A stretch of 62,810 nt of DNA, the filler included, from Rhabdomonas costata (Eukaryota), in assembly GCA_019059605.1 (NCBI GenBank). It is 34 parts of 34 records of this genome, joined end to end, with 100 filler letters (N's around TTAATTAATTAA, not from the genome) between each part and the next. Parts side by side here need not be neighbours in the genome. Positions count along the whole stretch, not along the records: positions 11,118 to 12,868 come from JAHMHO010009594.1; positions 12,969 to 14,719 come from JAHMHO010009595.1; positions 14,820 to 16,570 come from JAHMHO010009596.1; positions 16,671 to 18,423 come from JAHMHO010009597.1; positions 18,524 to 20,274 come from JAHMHO010009598.1; positions 20,375 to 22,122 come from JAHMHO010009599.1; positions 22,223 to 23,973 come from JAHMHO010009600.1; positions 24,074 to 25,824 come from JAHMHO010009601.1; 26 more parts are not named here. One strand, written 5' to 3'. The first letter of the stretch is position 1. Every line of letters starts with the position of its first letter. The notes under the pieces are model-generated. The model did no database searches, was not told the DNA's origin, and saw nothing but the letters and a program-made list of their open reading frames with translations. The position numbers and the translations under genes are program-made. Below, piece after piece: positions 11,604-24,825 of the stretch.

Positions 11604-12868
11604 GTGGTTTGCACGGACACCATCAGTGGATTTGAGCTGATGGACGGGAGCATCCGGCTATGGGTCATTGAGGGGTATGTGTTTAGTGCGTGCTACGGCG
11701 CTGCCCGCATGCAACTTCTATGCCAGTGGTAATTAGATACGTGTGGGAAATTCGTATGTGGCCAAGAGATCTTCCACGTGGATTACTCTCGAAATGCCAC
11801 GAGAGCAGTTTTGTGGGTTTGTTGTGGTACACAAGCCTTATTTCCCATTTATCTACAGTGCGGCGTGTACTTCCTTTTTACGACTGTGATGCTAACTGCT
11901 GGAATTAACAGAAAAAAGTTATCGGTTTCATCCACTCCGTCCTTCGTCAGTTGGGTCGATTTTACTTACAAGCTACACACCAGGTCAAATGTTTAGTTCT
12001 CGCCTTCTTAAACCTTGGCCCGGGTCCTTGAGTATTATATCACTTTCCTCCAGATCATAATGCCATCACTTTGCCAAAAAAAAAATCAGGCCTTTTGGAT
12101 TCTAAAGGGGAAAATCGGTAGTGATTGGACAGCGAACGGGTCTTTTCTGCTGGTCTACGTCCTGCTTTCTGAATTAACTCGGGACGCAGCGCGTAGACAC
12201 CCTCCTGTACTGTTTCGTTCTGCTTCGTGTGAATCAGTCTCTTCGGCGTCACCCAAGGTTCTCTGAGACTTGCGTCGCCACGGTTCGTGCCGCTGTGGTG
12301 GCCGCCGTGGAGGACTGGGACCAGGTGCGGATCTTGCTGAACCCCATGCTGCCCTTCGCGCAGAGGCTGTACCTGGGCTGGCCTCGCCTCACCGTCACTG
12401 CCGTGGTGAGCCCGGAGAAGCCCCCGCCAGCGGCGGACCTCCCAGGCATGCACTGTGCTTATCTGAGCTATTCTCCACTGTTGCCCCCCGAGACCTTCAT
12501 CGCAAGATATGTGCACACGAGAAACCCAATACAGAGCCGGTCTGTTGGAAAAGTGGTTTTGTCCCCGCTTGCACAGCGCTCCCGATTCACATCATTCGTC
12601 GCTGCATGTTCAATGTCTAAATCTGTGAACGATGTACCTCCTGCAGTTCCTGTGTCATCTGGGCAACGTTGCTTTGCCTGTGAATAGTCCGAACAGCCCG
12701 TCTCTTATCGTTCTAGTGACCAAATGCACCATGTGTTTGTATGCATGGATGGATGGGTGGGTTGGGTAGCTCCCGTGGAGGAGGTTACCGTACCGCCCAC
12801 CACGGCTGCGGGTAAGGGCAAGCCCCCGAAGACGTCAAAGAAGCCTGGCACGGCCTCCGCGGCCACCG
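11604..12868 (+). CDS. Multi-exon fragment, possibly CFAP92/KIAA1257-like flagellar protein
   Basis: Exons 11604-11674 (DTISGFELMDGSIRLWVIEG), 12258-12445 (VRILLNPMLPFAQRLY) and 12770-12868 join in frame; family call from recalled motifs only. Confidence 0.4.
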
Positions 12869-12974
12869 NNNNNNNNNNNNNNNNNNNNNNNNNNNNNNNN
12901 NNNNNNNNNNNNTTAATTAATTAANNNNNNNNNNNNNNNNNNNNNNNNNNNNNNNNNNNNNNNNNNNNGGGGTG

Positions 12975-13149
12975 TGGGCACTATATGGACCCCCCCTATC
13001 GAGTGCACCTTGTTTTGGGACCCCCCCCCCCAACGCGCAACACACCCTCAATGGATCCATACCTTGGGTATGTAAAATGCACCGTGAATGGAGGGGGCGG
13101 GGGTCCCAAAACAAGGTGCACTCGATAGGGGGGGTCCATATAGTGCCCA
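12975..13149. mobile_element. MITE-like element with ~50-bp terminal inverted repeats
   Basis: tgggcactatatggac(c)ntatcgagtgcaccttgttttgggacccc is mirrored by ggggtcccaaaacaaggtgcactcgata(g)ntccatatagtgccca around a ~65-bp spacer. Confidence 0.8.
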
Positions 13150-13442
13150 TACGCCTCGGGGGTTTCGTACTTAGAATGTGTTCCACTGCATTTTGTCTGC
13201 GCCAGTTTTTTTTAACTCACCTTTTTTGGAGCTTGGGCTTCTGCTCTTCGGATTGGCACGCTGCTGTGCAATAGAATGAAACCACCACGGCCCCACTGAT
13301 TGGCCTGCGAAGGGCACCTGCACAGTGATATGTCGAAGAATCCATTGGAAGGTGTGGAATGTGGAGCATCGTTTTTTTCGGGCATCTTCACAACTTTGCT
13401 CTCGCCAAAAGGATTGGGCATCTTTTCCCCCTTTTCTCAAAG

Positions 13443-13981
13443 CCGGCGTCTGATGGCCGCTGCTGCAGAGAGTTATGTGCTTGGTCTTGCCCAAGATGCG
13501 CTTCGGGTTACCACCGGGAGCGGCGTCTCTTCCCCCGAAGATCCGGCGAAGTCCAAGCCGAAGGTTTTTTTTTTGGGTTGACCTACCAACTTATCCTGTT
13601 CTTTTATTCTTTGTTAAAAGGTAGCCTTGAACTGAACTTGCAGAGTTCTGATTCAAATGCGGCCAGCGCCCTCGTTTATTCCTCTGTTTACGCGATTGCA
13701 TGCCGATCCGCCATTGTTGAATTTTTTTTTGATCTTTTTTGTGAAGTCTTGTGTTTAGCTTGGAACCTTCACTATTTACCTCCGATAGAGGCGTCTCTGC
13801 GAAATTTCGCGAAGCTTACAATCATTCGTGGAATATTTATCCTGCCCCCTCATGTCTGTACACCTTTTCGGACCTTTTCTTCCCCCCCTGCCTTTTTTTT
13901 GGTTTTTTTTTGCAGGTGTTGACTCTAAAAGCTATTTCTGAGGTTTTATCCGAAAGGGGTGTCATCTTTCCTGCACCGTGA
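13443..13981 (+). CDS. TAF10-like histone-fold protein, C-terminal two exons
   Basis: Exon 13443-13563 RRLMAAAAESYVLGLAQDAL and exon 13916-13981 VLTLKAISEVLSERGVIFPAP* resemble TAF10 RLxxLAAQKFISDIAxDAL and TLTMEDLxxALxEYGI; phase-0 GT-AG intron. Confidence 0.5.
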
Positions 13982-15170
13982 GAACTGGTGGCATGACAAC
14001 TGTCCGCCAGGACCGTCTCTGCACCGAGACAGACCACGAGTTGTGCCCAGGAAGTGGATTCGCCGCTTTCCTGGCCTTGCTTGAGTTGGTGTCTGCATGA
14101 AGAGCTGTCCGCAACTGCTGGGCGCAGTTGTGGTTTGAACACTCGTGAAACCTTTGAAGAGCAGTACTTCACTCTTCTTGTACCGGTGATATCGAACTTC
14201 TGTTCTCGAACCACTGGAAGATACTCAGACTCAGGGACTTGCTTAAGAAATGCGTTTCCAGGGGATGTCGTAATATGAGCGAAGGAAGTCATGTTGACGT
14301 GGAAATCGAGCGGCAAAGGCGTGGGCAACATCAATGCATCGTCGAAGAGTGGACTCAATTTAAGTGAATAGCTTCTGATCAGCCACTGACTTGAATGAGC
14401 TTTGTGGCTCACACTACCATAACAAACTTCACACATGCGACACTCTCATTCTTCTGTTGCTTGGATATGATCTTCGTTGAAGGCGAAGAGATGCCAAGAA
14501 GAGTGTCACCTGTTTTTTCGTCACCACAGTTAATTCCAAAACCCATATATCGCAACAGGTGTTCGGGGAACCAATGGTCACTGCACCATACGAAGAGGAA
14601 GAGGAACAGGACGCGGAGCTGGAACCAAGGAGGTTATGATTGTGAGGTTGGTGGTGCAGATAAAATTCTGAACGTCTGAACTTCGAAGTTACTCGACAGT
14701 TTTGTCTGTACCACCAACCNNNNNNNNNNNNNNNNNNNNNNNNNNNNNNNNNNNNNNNNNNNNTTAATTAATTAANNNNNNNNNNNNNNNNNNNNNNNNN
14801 NNNNNNNNNNNNNNNNNNNCAGACATGTCTCTCCCTCTCGACCCGAAGCAATGTGACGCTGAGAAAGCGAAGCCGAAGCAGGCCCGGGGGATTTTTTTAT
14901 ATATTGTGGGCCTCCCGAAATCCTGCATGGTCGGTCGTTTCGCCCTCACGCCAGTACCCACCCAAGGTGGGGAGGCATGCTTGATGTTCACCATTCTGAA
15001 GGTGAACGAAGGTGAACGAAATGGAGTGGTGATGATATGCAATGAGATATGGCTGGAGATGAGGCGACATGAAATGACATGATTGACATGAGATGCGAGG
15101 GATGGGTCCCAACAGACAGATGGGTCCCAACAGCCCCGCCAAAAGCCACAACCCAACAACACCAGCGGAC

Positions 15171-16289
15171 CTTGGCGAAGGCCTCCATGGCGAGGGCTTT
15201 CTTGCCAGGGGTCACCTTGGCCTCTTCCTCGATGGCCCGGGCCATCCGCATCTCGCTGCACCCCGCACCCAGCACCGTCCGCGTCTCCTTGACCGTCTGC
15301 AAGGGTAAAAAAAATAACAGGCAGGGCGATTGTAAGCACAACAACCGGCAAAGATTGCTGCTGTACCTGAGCCAACCGGTGGTTGGTTGATTTAACTCAA
15401 AAGTGTGCGTGACAGCCCAATGGAGTTTGATAGAGGGGCCAGTTCAACTTTGCACCCTACTGGGCTGGGCGCCGTTGCTTTGGCTCGGTGCGGTAGTGCG
15501 GAGTTGAGGCCTATGAAGAGTCCTTTGCTTTCTTCTTTTTTTGGAGGGGGAAGAAAACACCCCGCCCCAATGTCAGGTCGTCCCATGTGGAAAGGCAAGG
15601 GAAGCAAATCAAGGTAAATGGTGGGCCGGTCCTAAACTTGACCGCACAAACGCCTAACACTCATTGCCACCATGTCTGCGTGATCATACACGCCTCCCCA
15701 CGCTAAGACCTCTGAACGTCGCCCTTTGGCGATGTAAAACCGAGGAGCCGAGAAACTGTAACATTGGCGCCTTGCATTTATTCCTTTTACTCTCGCAAAG
15801 CTCAAGTTTCGAGCGTTTTCGTACACAAGCCTGGGGACACGTGGGGCAGGCGGAGGGTCTTGACCCGTTGTCTGGTGAGCCGGCACCCCACGTCTGACAA
15901 CAGAGAAACAGGACCCTCCGTGCGAGCACCCAGGCTGCGCGTATTAGGTTAGGGGCAGCTTTTCTTTTCTTTCCATCATCGCTCTCCTTCACGTGTGTGT
16001 GTGTATGTTGTGTGGGGTTTTTCTTTTCTGTCTTAACATCGCACAAACATACACAAACACGAACAAACAGACACAACTGTCCTTAAATCGAAGAATAAAA
16101 CGTAACTGCGCCGGAAGTCGGAAGAAGGATGCGCTCCGAGGTGTTTGCGTTGGGAGGGAGGGATACCTGGGAAACAATGCACAGCGCGTCGTGCAGGGAG
16201 CGCTCAGCCTCGTCGAGGAAAAACTCCGAGGCCCCGCGCAGCACCACGGTGCAGGCCTCGCCAGCCTTGCACCCGCTGAACCGGATCAG
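15171..16289 (-). CDS. CCT2: Chaperonin CCT/TRiC beta subunit, two exons
   Basis: Exon 16167-16289 [41 protein letters not shown]; exon 15171-15296 [19 protein letters not shown]...[18 protein letters not shown] intron. Confidence 0.93.
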
Positions 16290-17066
16290 CTGAAACGCGT
16301 AGCCACCACACATTTGTCCACCCGACAGATTCGCAATATCACACAAACAATATTTTCACGAGTTTGTTGACGGGGGCTTTTTGGCCCAGGAACGTGAGGC
16401 AAAAAAAATTCGATTTATCGCAAAAAACGTTCACAGGTGATACAGCAAACAATTGTTCGCCGACAAGTGATCACAGCACAGCACAGTAGAAACGCGAGGC
16501 GCAAACAGATCAAAAAGACTGAGAAAATTTAGGGAGCTTTTTTGTTTCACGAAGTCTCACCCCCACCCCCNNNNNNNNNNNNNNNNNNNNNNNNNNNNNN
16601 NNNNNNNNNNNNNNTTAATTAATTAANNNNNNNNNNNNNNNNNNNNNNNNNNNNNNNNNNNNNNNNNNNNTTTTGTGGTTGACCCGCGGGAAGAGGGGGG
16701 CGCTCAGGGCAGAGCGGCAATAGGCAATAGGCACTGACAATGAAGCGGCGACAGGAACCCATGTCGGAACAGGCGAAAGGAACATATGTTGGAAGGCAAA
16801 CATCGAATTTGGCTTGCCGGGCGGCCCCGCGACCTTTCCGTGCTGGTCCCGCAACTCAAACGAGAGAAAGGTTGAAAACAGTCGTCATTTGTTGGTCGGG
16901 AACAGCGCCGTACGGGGCGTTTGCCTCGGACCAGCCTTTGGGTTGTCCGCCCCGACCAAGCACCAGGCATTGGTCAAAATCAAGCGTTGTCTGCGCGCAT
17001 CCCAGCTGGCACCCTTTCTTCCTTCCTTTCGCGAACGGCACTATGTTGTGTTCCTAATGCCTCCTC

Positions 17067-17072
<6 letters not shown>

Positions 17073-17107
<35 letters not shown>
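17073..17107. repeat. (CT)17 microsatellite
   Basis: Perfect dinucleotide run. Confidence 0.95.
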
Positions 17108-17110
<3 letters not shown>

Positions 17111-19523
17111 CCGTTTGGCGACGTGATTTTGCCACCGACACCGCGGGAAACCCAGAATCAGACGTCGCCCGTCTTGCAATTGGACCTTTCCCCAGTTCGG
17201 AAACGAAACGGAAAACGTTGGTATAGCCCGTGCTGGCTCCCGGTTCCCTTTGGCCGCCGGTGTCGGGGGCATTGCGGATGGGTAAGGCTTTGCTTCACCC
17301 CACTTTCTTTGGTGCACACTTTGCGAATTATTGCCTTTGAAGAAATTGTTTTTGTATACCTCACCCACCCAGCCCGCTGGGCGTCGCTCGTAATGTTGAC
17401 TGGCTATGGCACCGTTTTTTTCTTTTTGTTTTTTTGTTTTTTGAAAGCCGGGGTTGGGATAAGAGGGCGGTGGTACGGTAACAAAGAATATGCGTGGTGA
17501 AACTTCAGATCTGATCCCACCACCCTTGCTATGGACGAATAGACGAGACTTTGTGTATTGACTAGACCTTTCGCGGAGCGCGGCCAGCAGTGTCCCAGTT
17601 GAAATATAAGGCAAAGGTTTGGCAGTGTTTCTTTTTTCTCCGGCGTGTTTTTATTCCTGTGATGGAACACATTCGTGATGGACATTTCCAGTAGATCGGT
17701 GTTTTATTTCTGAAAGCGTCGTCGGAGATATTTTAAAATAAGTTTAAAATGGTTAGGGAGACTTAAAACTGGACGGTGACCCGAGGGGAACCTCCGCAAC
17801 TTCCACGGGAACTTATCCTATAAAAAACCCTGCTATACTTATGCCAAATATAAAAATAATTTGATTTTGTTTGGGTGTGCTGATTGTGGTGAGGCTGAGG
17901 GCAACCCCGTGGACGACCGTGCGAAAGAGGGTCCGTAGCATATCCCACTGGTTAAAAAACGGATTTCCATTCCGCTTTCCCCGATCCCAAAGGCGAACGC
18001 GTCAAAAAGAACAAAAGAAAACACACATAACGCGATTGAGTACCACTTCGGATTTCAGTAAAACCGGGAAATGAGAGAAGATAGAGAGAAGCATGTCCTT
18101 GAAAAAGCAAAGTAATCGTGCATGAAAATAATGGCCTAGGTTTTCCGGCCAAATTCGTTACATTTGTGGGGGTGGGAACTTTTGTCTAGTAAATTTGTTT
18201 CAATGTGGTAGCAAATTTCAAAACAAGTGACAAGAAGGTCTGCGAGGAAATGCGCTAAAGTAAGTGCGTTCGTGGTATCAGTGGGTATTTGGCTGTTTTT
18301 CCCTAGTGAGTAAGATGAGCAAACAGCGAGATCTTACGAGCCTGGTAAACTTAGGCGCCAATACCAATACGTATGTAAACGCTATCAACATGTCATTTCC
18401 ATCTTTTTCATTTACCAACAACANNNNNNNNNNNNNNNNNNNNNNNNNNNNNNNNNNNNNNNNNNNNTTAATTAATTAANNNNNNNNNNNNNNNNNNNNN
18501 NNNNNNNNNNNNNNNNNNNNNNNGTGGTGGGGGGCTCAGGAGGAGGGGAGAGAAAGAGGAGAAGCGCCGAAGCCCCGGAGAAGATGGCGAGCGACCGCGC
18601 TGTGTACATACATACATGCTACATATATGTAACACCTTTTGCGCATTCCTCAGTCCAAGTAGAGGAGTCCAGCGAAATCCGGACTGGGCACACGCTCTTT
18701 GAATCGACTTACGAGATGGGAGCCTACGCGCACATGGACCCTCGTGCAGAGGCGACGCGCGCCCCCGGAGACGCACTGGAACACCCCCTGGCGCTTCGCT
18801 TGGGCCCTGCTCAGCATTAACCCACCCACTCTCCACTAAGTTCCTAAACCTTTCCTGGCTGGTGGCCGGTTGCAGGGTGTGCGATCGGGTTCCCCCTGTG
18901 GAGTCATCTCGCTTGGAAGAGCTCCAGGCTTCGCAGAAGAACGGCTTTGTCCTGGTGAAATCACCAGGAGAAAGTTGAAGCAGCCAAACCCCCTAGAATT
19001 TCGCAAATTCCAGAAATTCGTTTCAGATTTGGCGCAAAACCTCAAAGTGTCCCGTTACTAGTAGTAGTCACATTGGCTGCAAGCGGGGGTTAAGGACATC
19101 TGGTTTGTTGCCTCGGTGTTTAAATTTTATATGACGTTTAGGCAAACTCATCAGTGGCGGCTTTGGCGTTTTGAAACGCCTCCCGTTTTTTTTTAATTAT
19201 CCCGTCTCCCTACCTCCATGCCTCGGTTTCGTCTCTTTTCTGCGTTCGCAGGGTTTGTTGTTTTGAACCGAGAAATGCAAGCTTGATATCGCATGCAAAG
19301 AATACTGAGCAGCAGCAACAGAGTTGCTCTCCGGCAAGCAGCGCAGTCTGTCCAGAATTGCAGATACACTTTGGCGCAGTTGGGGGCGGTACATCCTCAA
19401 TTGATCCACCAAATCAGCGTGTCCATACGTGTTTTTCAACCCGCACCCACTCCGAACGCAAGAAAACGCACCAGACGCAGCAATCTTGGCCCAAGACATG
19501 CACTTCTCCCCCCACTCGCACAG

Positions 19524-19687
19524 TCTGGGGTCCAACCTGGCCGCTCTGCCCCCGAACATCGCGCTGATCCCCAGCGGGTACTCCTCCACCTCGTCGTTCT
19601 TCGTCGCGGCGGACTTCAGTGTTTCCTACTGGGCGCACGTCCAGAACATCACCGTTTACGGATACTCTCCATTCGTGAATGACCCGA
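19524..19687 (+). CDS. Internal exon, unknown protein
   Basis: cacag/...A/gtatct-bounded, GC3-rich: LGSNLAALPPNIALIPSGYSSTSSFFVAADFSVSYWAHVQNITVYGYSPFVNDP. Confidence 0.5.
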
Positions 19688-20706
19688 GTATCTCCCTCTC
19701 CCTTGTGCTTCCCAGTTGAAGGGGACTGGGCAAATGCAGCACAGGAGCTTCTATCACTTCGCTCTGGCCCCTCCTGTTGTCCTTTTCAGCGCACATCCTG
19801 TTGTCCTTTTCAGCGAAGCCGCGGCATGCCGCCGTGCCATGTTTCTTTCCATGTTTTATGTTTGACTTAGGGACAGGTTTGTGTTTTTGTTCGCGTTTTT
19901 GTATGATTATGCGATGAAAAGACGGAAAGGGAGCACGCAAAAGTGAAGAAGAGGGGACGGGGGGGGGATTGCCGTTCTGCAGCCAATCCGGAGGTCCCCA
20001 ACCCGGCCAGGCCCGCGAATGTGCGAGTGACGATTTACACGGGGGGCTCCTCGGCGCCCGGCTCCGTATGCCGCTCCTTTCTGAATTTGGTGATTTTTTC
20101 CTTTTGACATCAGGTTGAGAGGACCGAAGCGGGATACAGCAGCATTCCACATGCAGCTAGAAAAACTCCCGTGTATCTCACAGCATATCGTGCTACGTGA
20201 TGCGGTCATGCCGGATCCTTCTCCAACTTGTCACATACGTTTAAATGTCACCTCTCACTCTCTTTGACTGCGACNNNNNNNNNNNNNNNNNNNNNNNNNN
20301 NNNNNNNNNNNNNNNNNNTTAATTAATTAANNNNNNNNNNNNNNNNNNNNNNNNNNNNNNNNNNNNNNNNNNNNGGAGTGAATTACAATAAGCAAAGAGA
20401 AAAGAAAATTTTGTTAATGGTATGAAGGCGCTTTGGGGGATGGGAATGAGAGAGTTCTTGTTCTTAGGCTCCAGAGTAGATGAGCCCAGGTCCTGAGCAC
20501 AGATTCGGGGTTTAAGTGAGTGCAAAAGCATATATACTCGAATCCCAGCGAGTGGACAGCAGCATCGTTTTTGGTGTGGACGGGCAGCATCGTTCAACCC
20601 CTCCTCACTGCTTCACAATTCACAAGGGTCTCAAGTGTACGAAGTGTACGAATGCAAGGTATTCGACGTTTTTCCTCCCCGTCTCTCTCTCCCTTCTGCC
20701 ATGTAC

Positions 20707-21333
20707 CGTTTTCCTCGGCAAACCGCAGGGCTTCCTCGTAGGACACCTCGCGCTTGTCCTCCAGGTCGACTTTGGTGCCTTAGTTGTCGAACACAAAACA
20801 CAGAACAGAGAAGAGAACGGGCCTGAGGTCGTGAAATCTGTCACATCTCTCTAATTATACAGCAGCTCACTTTTCCCCGCCTTTTTTTTCTTGTGTACGT
20901 CAGAAATTGCAGACCAAACAACCAAACAACCAAACCTTTTGTAGTGCTGGGAGAAGAACAGTGTAATATCTCAGGGGGGCATTACACTTTGCTCACACCG
21001 ATTAATGCAATATGGAAAGCCCTTTTTGCAACGACAGCCCCCATCCACACAACCCATTCCATTCCAAGCCACACCACGTGATCTTCTCCATAGCATTCCA
21101 CATTCCATTCCATTCCACCGCAATTTCCCTCCATGCTTCTCCATCCCACTTTCTCCATTCTCCATTCTCCGTTGTGGGAGTTCTAGGTAGCTGTACTGTA
21201 TGGATTTCAGCGGGTTCTGCACAGATGCGTCCACGAGCCACGAGCCACAGCGAGGCGCAAGAAGAGCAGCAACCTACGAGCATCATCACCGTGTTCGGGT
21301 TGGTGAGGTTGCGTGCATCGGTGAGCCATCTCG
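20707..21333 (-). CDS. RAB14: Rab14 small GTPase, two exons
   Basis: Exon ~21274-21333 WLTDARNLTNPNTVMMLV (Rab14 signature); exon 20707-20778 GTKVDLEDKREVSYEEALRFAEENG; phase-1 GT-AG intron. Confidence 0.88.
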
Positions 21334-22222
21334 CTGACAAGCCCAAACACCCTCCATGACAAATTGCGCAAAAGAGCGCCCGTTAGGAAACAGAAAACCA
21401 AAACCGCCCCAACCACCACCCCCTTGCAACCACACTCAGACTCACGCACACACAGGCACACACACACACTAACACACACTGTTACCCACCCTCGCCTTCC
21501 CCCTCATTTGCAACAAACGAGGCTTTGGATCGCACAACGCCAAAAAAAAAAACCAAGGCTGTACGGACTAAAATCCAGCGCCGTAATGGCCTCTCACATG
21601 GCCACATATCAAAATGGAGTCAGGGTCCCGCCGGATTGGATCTGGTAAGATTGAAAAAATAAAAAAAAAGACTCCATTCTGCAGTGCAGGCAGTAAGGCT
21701 TAAGAAAAAGGGCAACACAAGAATTTTATTACATCGTTGGAACTGCTCAGTATCGGTCGTGCTCTATCAGCTCTGACCAAAGAGCCCGGGGTGCGCTCTT
21801 CTATGCTGAAAATCTTCCTGGTGCATGCGTGGGCTCAGTTTGCTTCATCCACGAGACCGTCCAACCCTTCGGAAGCTTTTAAGCTCTCAGCCACCAATGG
21901 AATCTCTTATCAAATTGAGCTCATACCCACCAACCTGGACCCCGCCTTACTAGTTGCATTTATTTGACATTTCAATAAAATTCTAAGACTGAGAGTTTAT
22001 CGGAGCCCCCTCCCCAAAACTCCCAGAGCACTCAAATCCGAAGCACGACTGATGGACGACGGACAAGCGATGACGCACGCACGCACACACACACACACTT
22101 ACATACCTCGCGAAAACCAACCNNNNNNNNNNNNNNNNNNNNNNNNNNNNNNNNNNNNNNNNNNNNTTAATTAATTAANNNNNNNNNNNNNNNNNNNNNN
22201 NNNNNNNNNNNNNNNNNNNNNN

Positions 22223-23120
22223 CTTTGTATGCGTCTTTCCACAGAGCGTGCGTTCCTTGACGGGCACCAGCCACTGGAATGCTGGTGACTGGGACACGGG
22301 TTTCCACTCTCATCTCGTTGATGAGAGTGAAGACTTCTGGGCAATCATCTATAAACACCCCCTTTCCTGCGCTGTTTGCGAACGGCAGCGTTGTTGGACG
22401 CTGAAATCGCTTCGCACAACTTCTCGAGAGGAACGTCCTTATCGCTTTTGAGTAGAAAGGTCGCCGACAACACGCCAAGACCCATATCATCCTAGGTCGC
22501 ACCAGGCCTACAAACCATCCCACTAAGATTCCGAAGCAGCTGCTGACTTCTGCAGGTTTCTAATTTCTAATTCCTAATTGGAGATCGTGGACTCCAAAGA
22601 CTTCAAAATATCCAAACGCGTGCATCGGCGGAAGGCAGGCCCCCTTGATTCAAATGGAAGCACCCAATCACGTGCTGCGGCGTCAAGAGGAGGAGGCAAC
22701 CACAGGGTTTTGCTTGGGAGTGGGATATAGCACGCTACTCGAACCCGCGGAGCAACTCCGACGGAAAGCGAAAGGGTCAACTAAAAAACGATCTGAAAAG
22801 ATGACGGAGGAGAAGAAGAAGAAGATCAACACAAAAGCGAAGTAGGCAATGGAAACAAACTGCGGCAACAGGCATCAGGCATCAGGCAACCCAAACCTTG
22901 CCCTCGGCGGTCGTGCTGTGCTTGCTATTAGTGCAGAATAATCGCCGTGACCGTGGCCTCTTTCCTTTCCTTCTCCTTCCTGTTTGCAGGTGGTGCAGCT
23001 GTTCTCGGGATTGGGGACTCGGACTACATTCCGACTCCGACCTTCGCTAAAAAAGGCTCCTTTGGTGGCGAGCAGGTATTGGACCACACTTACTCCAATG
23101 TTAAGCTTAGCACAATGAAG
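22223..23120 (+). mobile_element. Heavily decayed LTR-retrotransposon integrase-like relic
   Basis: GDWDTGFHS...HPLS...ERQ..TLKSLR resembles the integrase D..F.S...HP.s...ER...TLK..LR core; EQVLDH near 23070 could be a chromodomain start; many stops. Confidence 0.3.
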
Positions 23121-24825
23121 AAAAGTATTTGCTAGCGGTCGATTTCCAACTCACTATGAGAACCACCGAAAATTCCTTTCTGGTTTCCGGGCACCTTCGG
23201 CCCGAAAGCTGTCCTTGTGAGATGGCCACCACAACACGATCATTAAAACCAGATGTAGCAATGGTGTGGAAACAAAAAAGTGCACATCACAGGTGGAAGA
23301 CAGCAAGCACAGGCTTCCCAGAGGCTTCCAGGCAAAGAGTAGAGAGAAAAGCGCAGCCACACAGCCGTGCAAAAGCTCTCTGCTCACTCCTGGCAGCCTC
23401 CTGACAAGGGAGAGTGCCCTAATCCCTAGAAAAGCGCCTTCGCCACGCTCGCACAGAAGCAGAAGGAGAAGGAGCATTCTGCTCAGTTCTGCTTTGGCTT
23501 TCTCTCCCTCCCACCCCCTCTCTCCCAATTCTCTATCGATAGAACTTCCGCTGCAGACGGTTCTACAGCGTGTTCCTAAAGGACATCAACGAGTGGGGGC
23601 TTCTCTACCCGCGACGGAGGACGAATTGCGGCCTCAGCTTCTTTCGTTTTCGCTGTGTGAGCAGAGGAAGGGGGGCAAATGTCAATACAAATGTGTCAAG
23701 CACTCAGCAACTTCAAAAACTTCAAAGGTTCCGTGGGCCACCTGCGACAAGAGCGGCAGATCAGCTACTGTGTGCAGCACACCATCCGAACTCGGGCCCG
23801 TTGGACCGCAGAGCCACAACCCTCAGAAGATCCACCTGAAACTCGAAACCTCAGATGTTATAATAGTAGTCTGGGTTACTATTGTATCGCATATACGGAC
23901 CCCTAGCCACCATTCACGGAACCAAGGTGGCGCGGGCAGTTTATTACCGCTGCGGATTCAAAGCATCAAACCCNNNNNNNNNNNNNNNNNNNNNNNNNNN
24001 NNNNNNNNNNNNNNNNNTTAATTAATTAANNNNNNNNNNNNNNNNNNNNNNNNNNNNNNNNNNNNNNNNNNNNGTGGTTTTTGGTTGTTTGGCTCGCTCA
24101 TTCCAAAAACAGCAAATTCACTCCTCACACCACCACCCGTCCAACAAACTATGTTACCAAACTGGAGACGCAACCTGCTTCTCGTCCAAGTCTCTCCCCT
24201 CCGCAGTGTGCCCTACTTTCACTCTTCGATATCCTCTTTCGATACTTCTAAAATGAAAATTGTATTCGTCAGAAAAACCGACCGACAATAAACCAGGGTG
24301 GAAGGCAAGAAAGGAGGGGCGAAAACCAGGTATAGCTGAATAAGAATCTAGGTGCAAATGTAGGTCGAAGAGGCGGGCAGAGTGATTTCGGAAAAAGTAA
24401 AAAGAAGGAAGGAAGGACGACGACCTGAAAAAACATCACACAACCTTCACTTTCACAATCTTCTGCCCTCTCACGCTGACCCCAGCTTCCTCACCTACTG
24501 CACTCACAATGCAGCCACAATCCCTCGATATCGGCACTTTTGGTTGTACAAATGTTAACGACTGGACACTGGCAAACAAAACTTTCACAACGAAACTGAT
24601 CATTCTTACACGTCAAAACATCAACTTCATAACTGGGACCAGCGGTTCAGTGGATCAAATTACGACATCACAGTGTTGTCAACATGAACACACAAAATTT
24701 ACAGCAAAAGCAAAAACTGAAAAAAAAAAAAGTGAGTGTGTGCAGGCACAAAAGGGGACTGCGAGGCACTCTGTGCGGAAGCGGCGGCAACACACAGATG
24801 GCTGGGGGGTGGGGGTGACGCTTAC

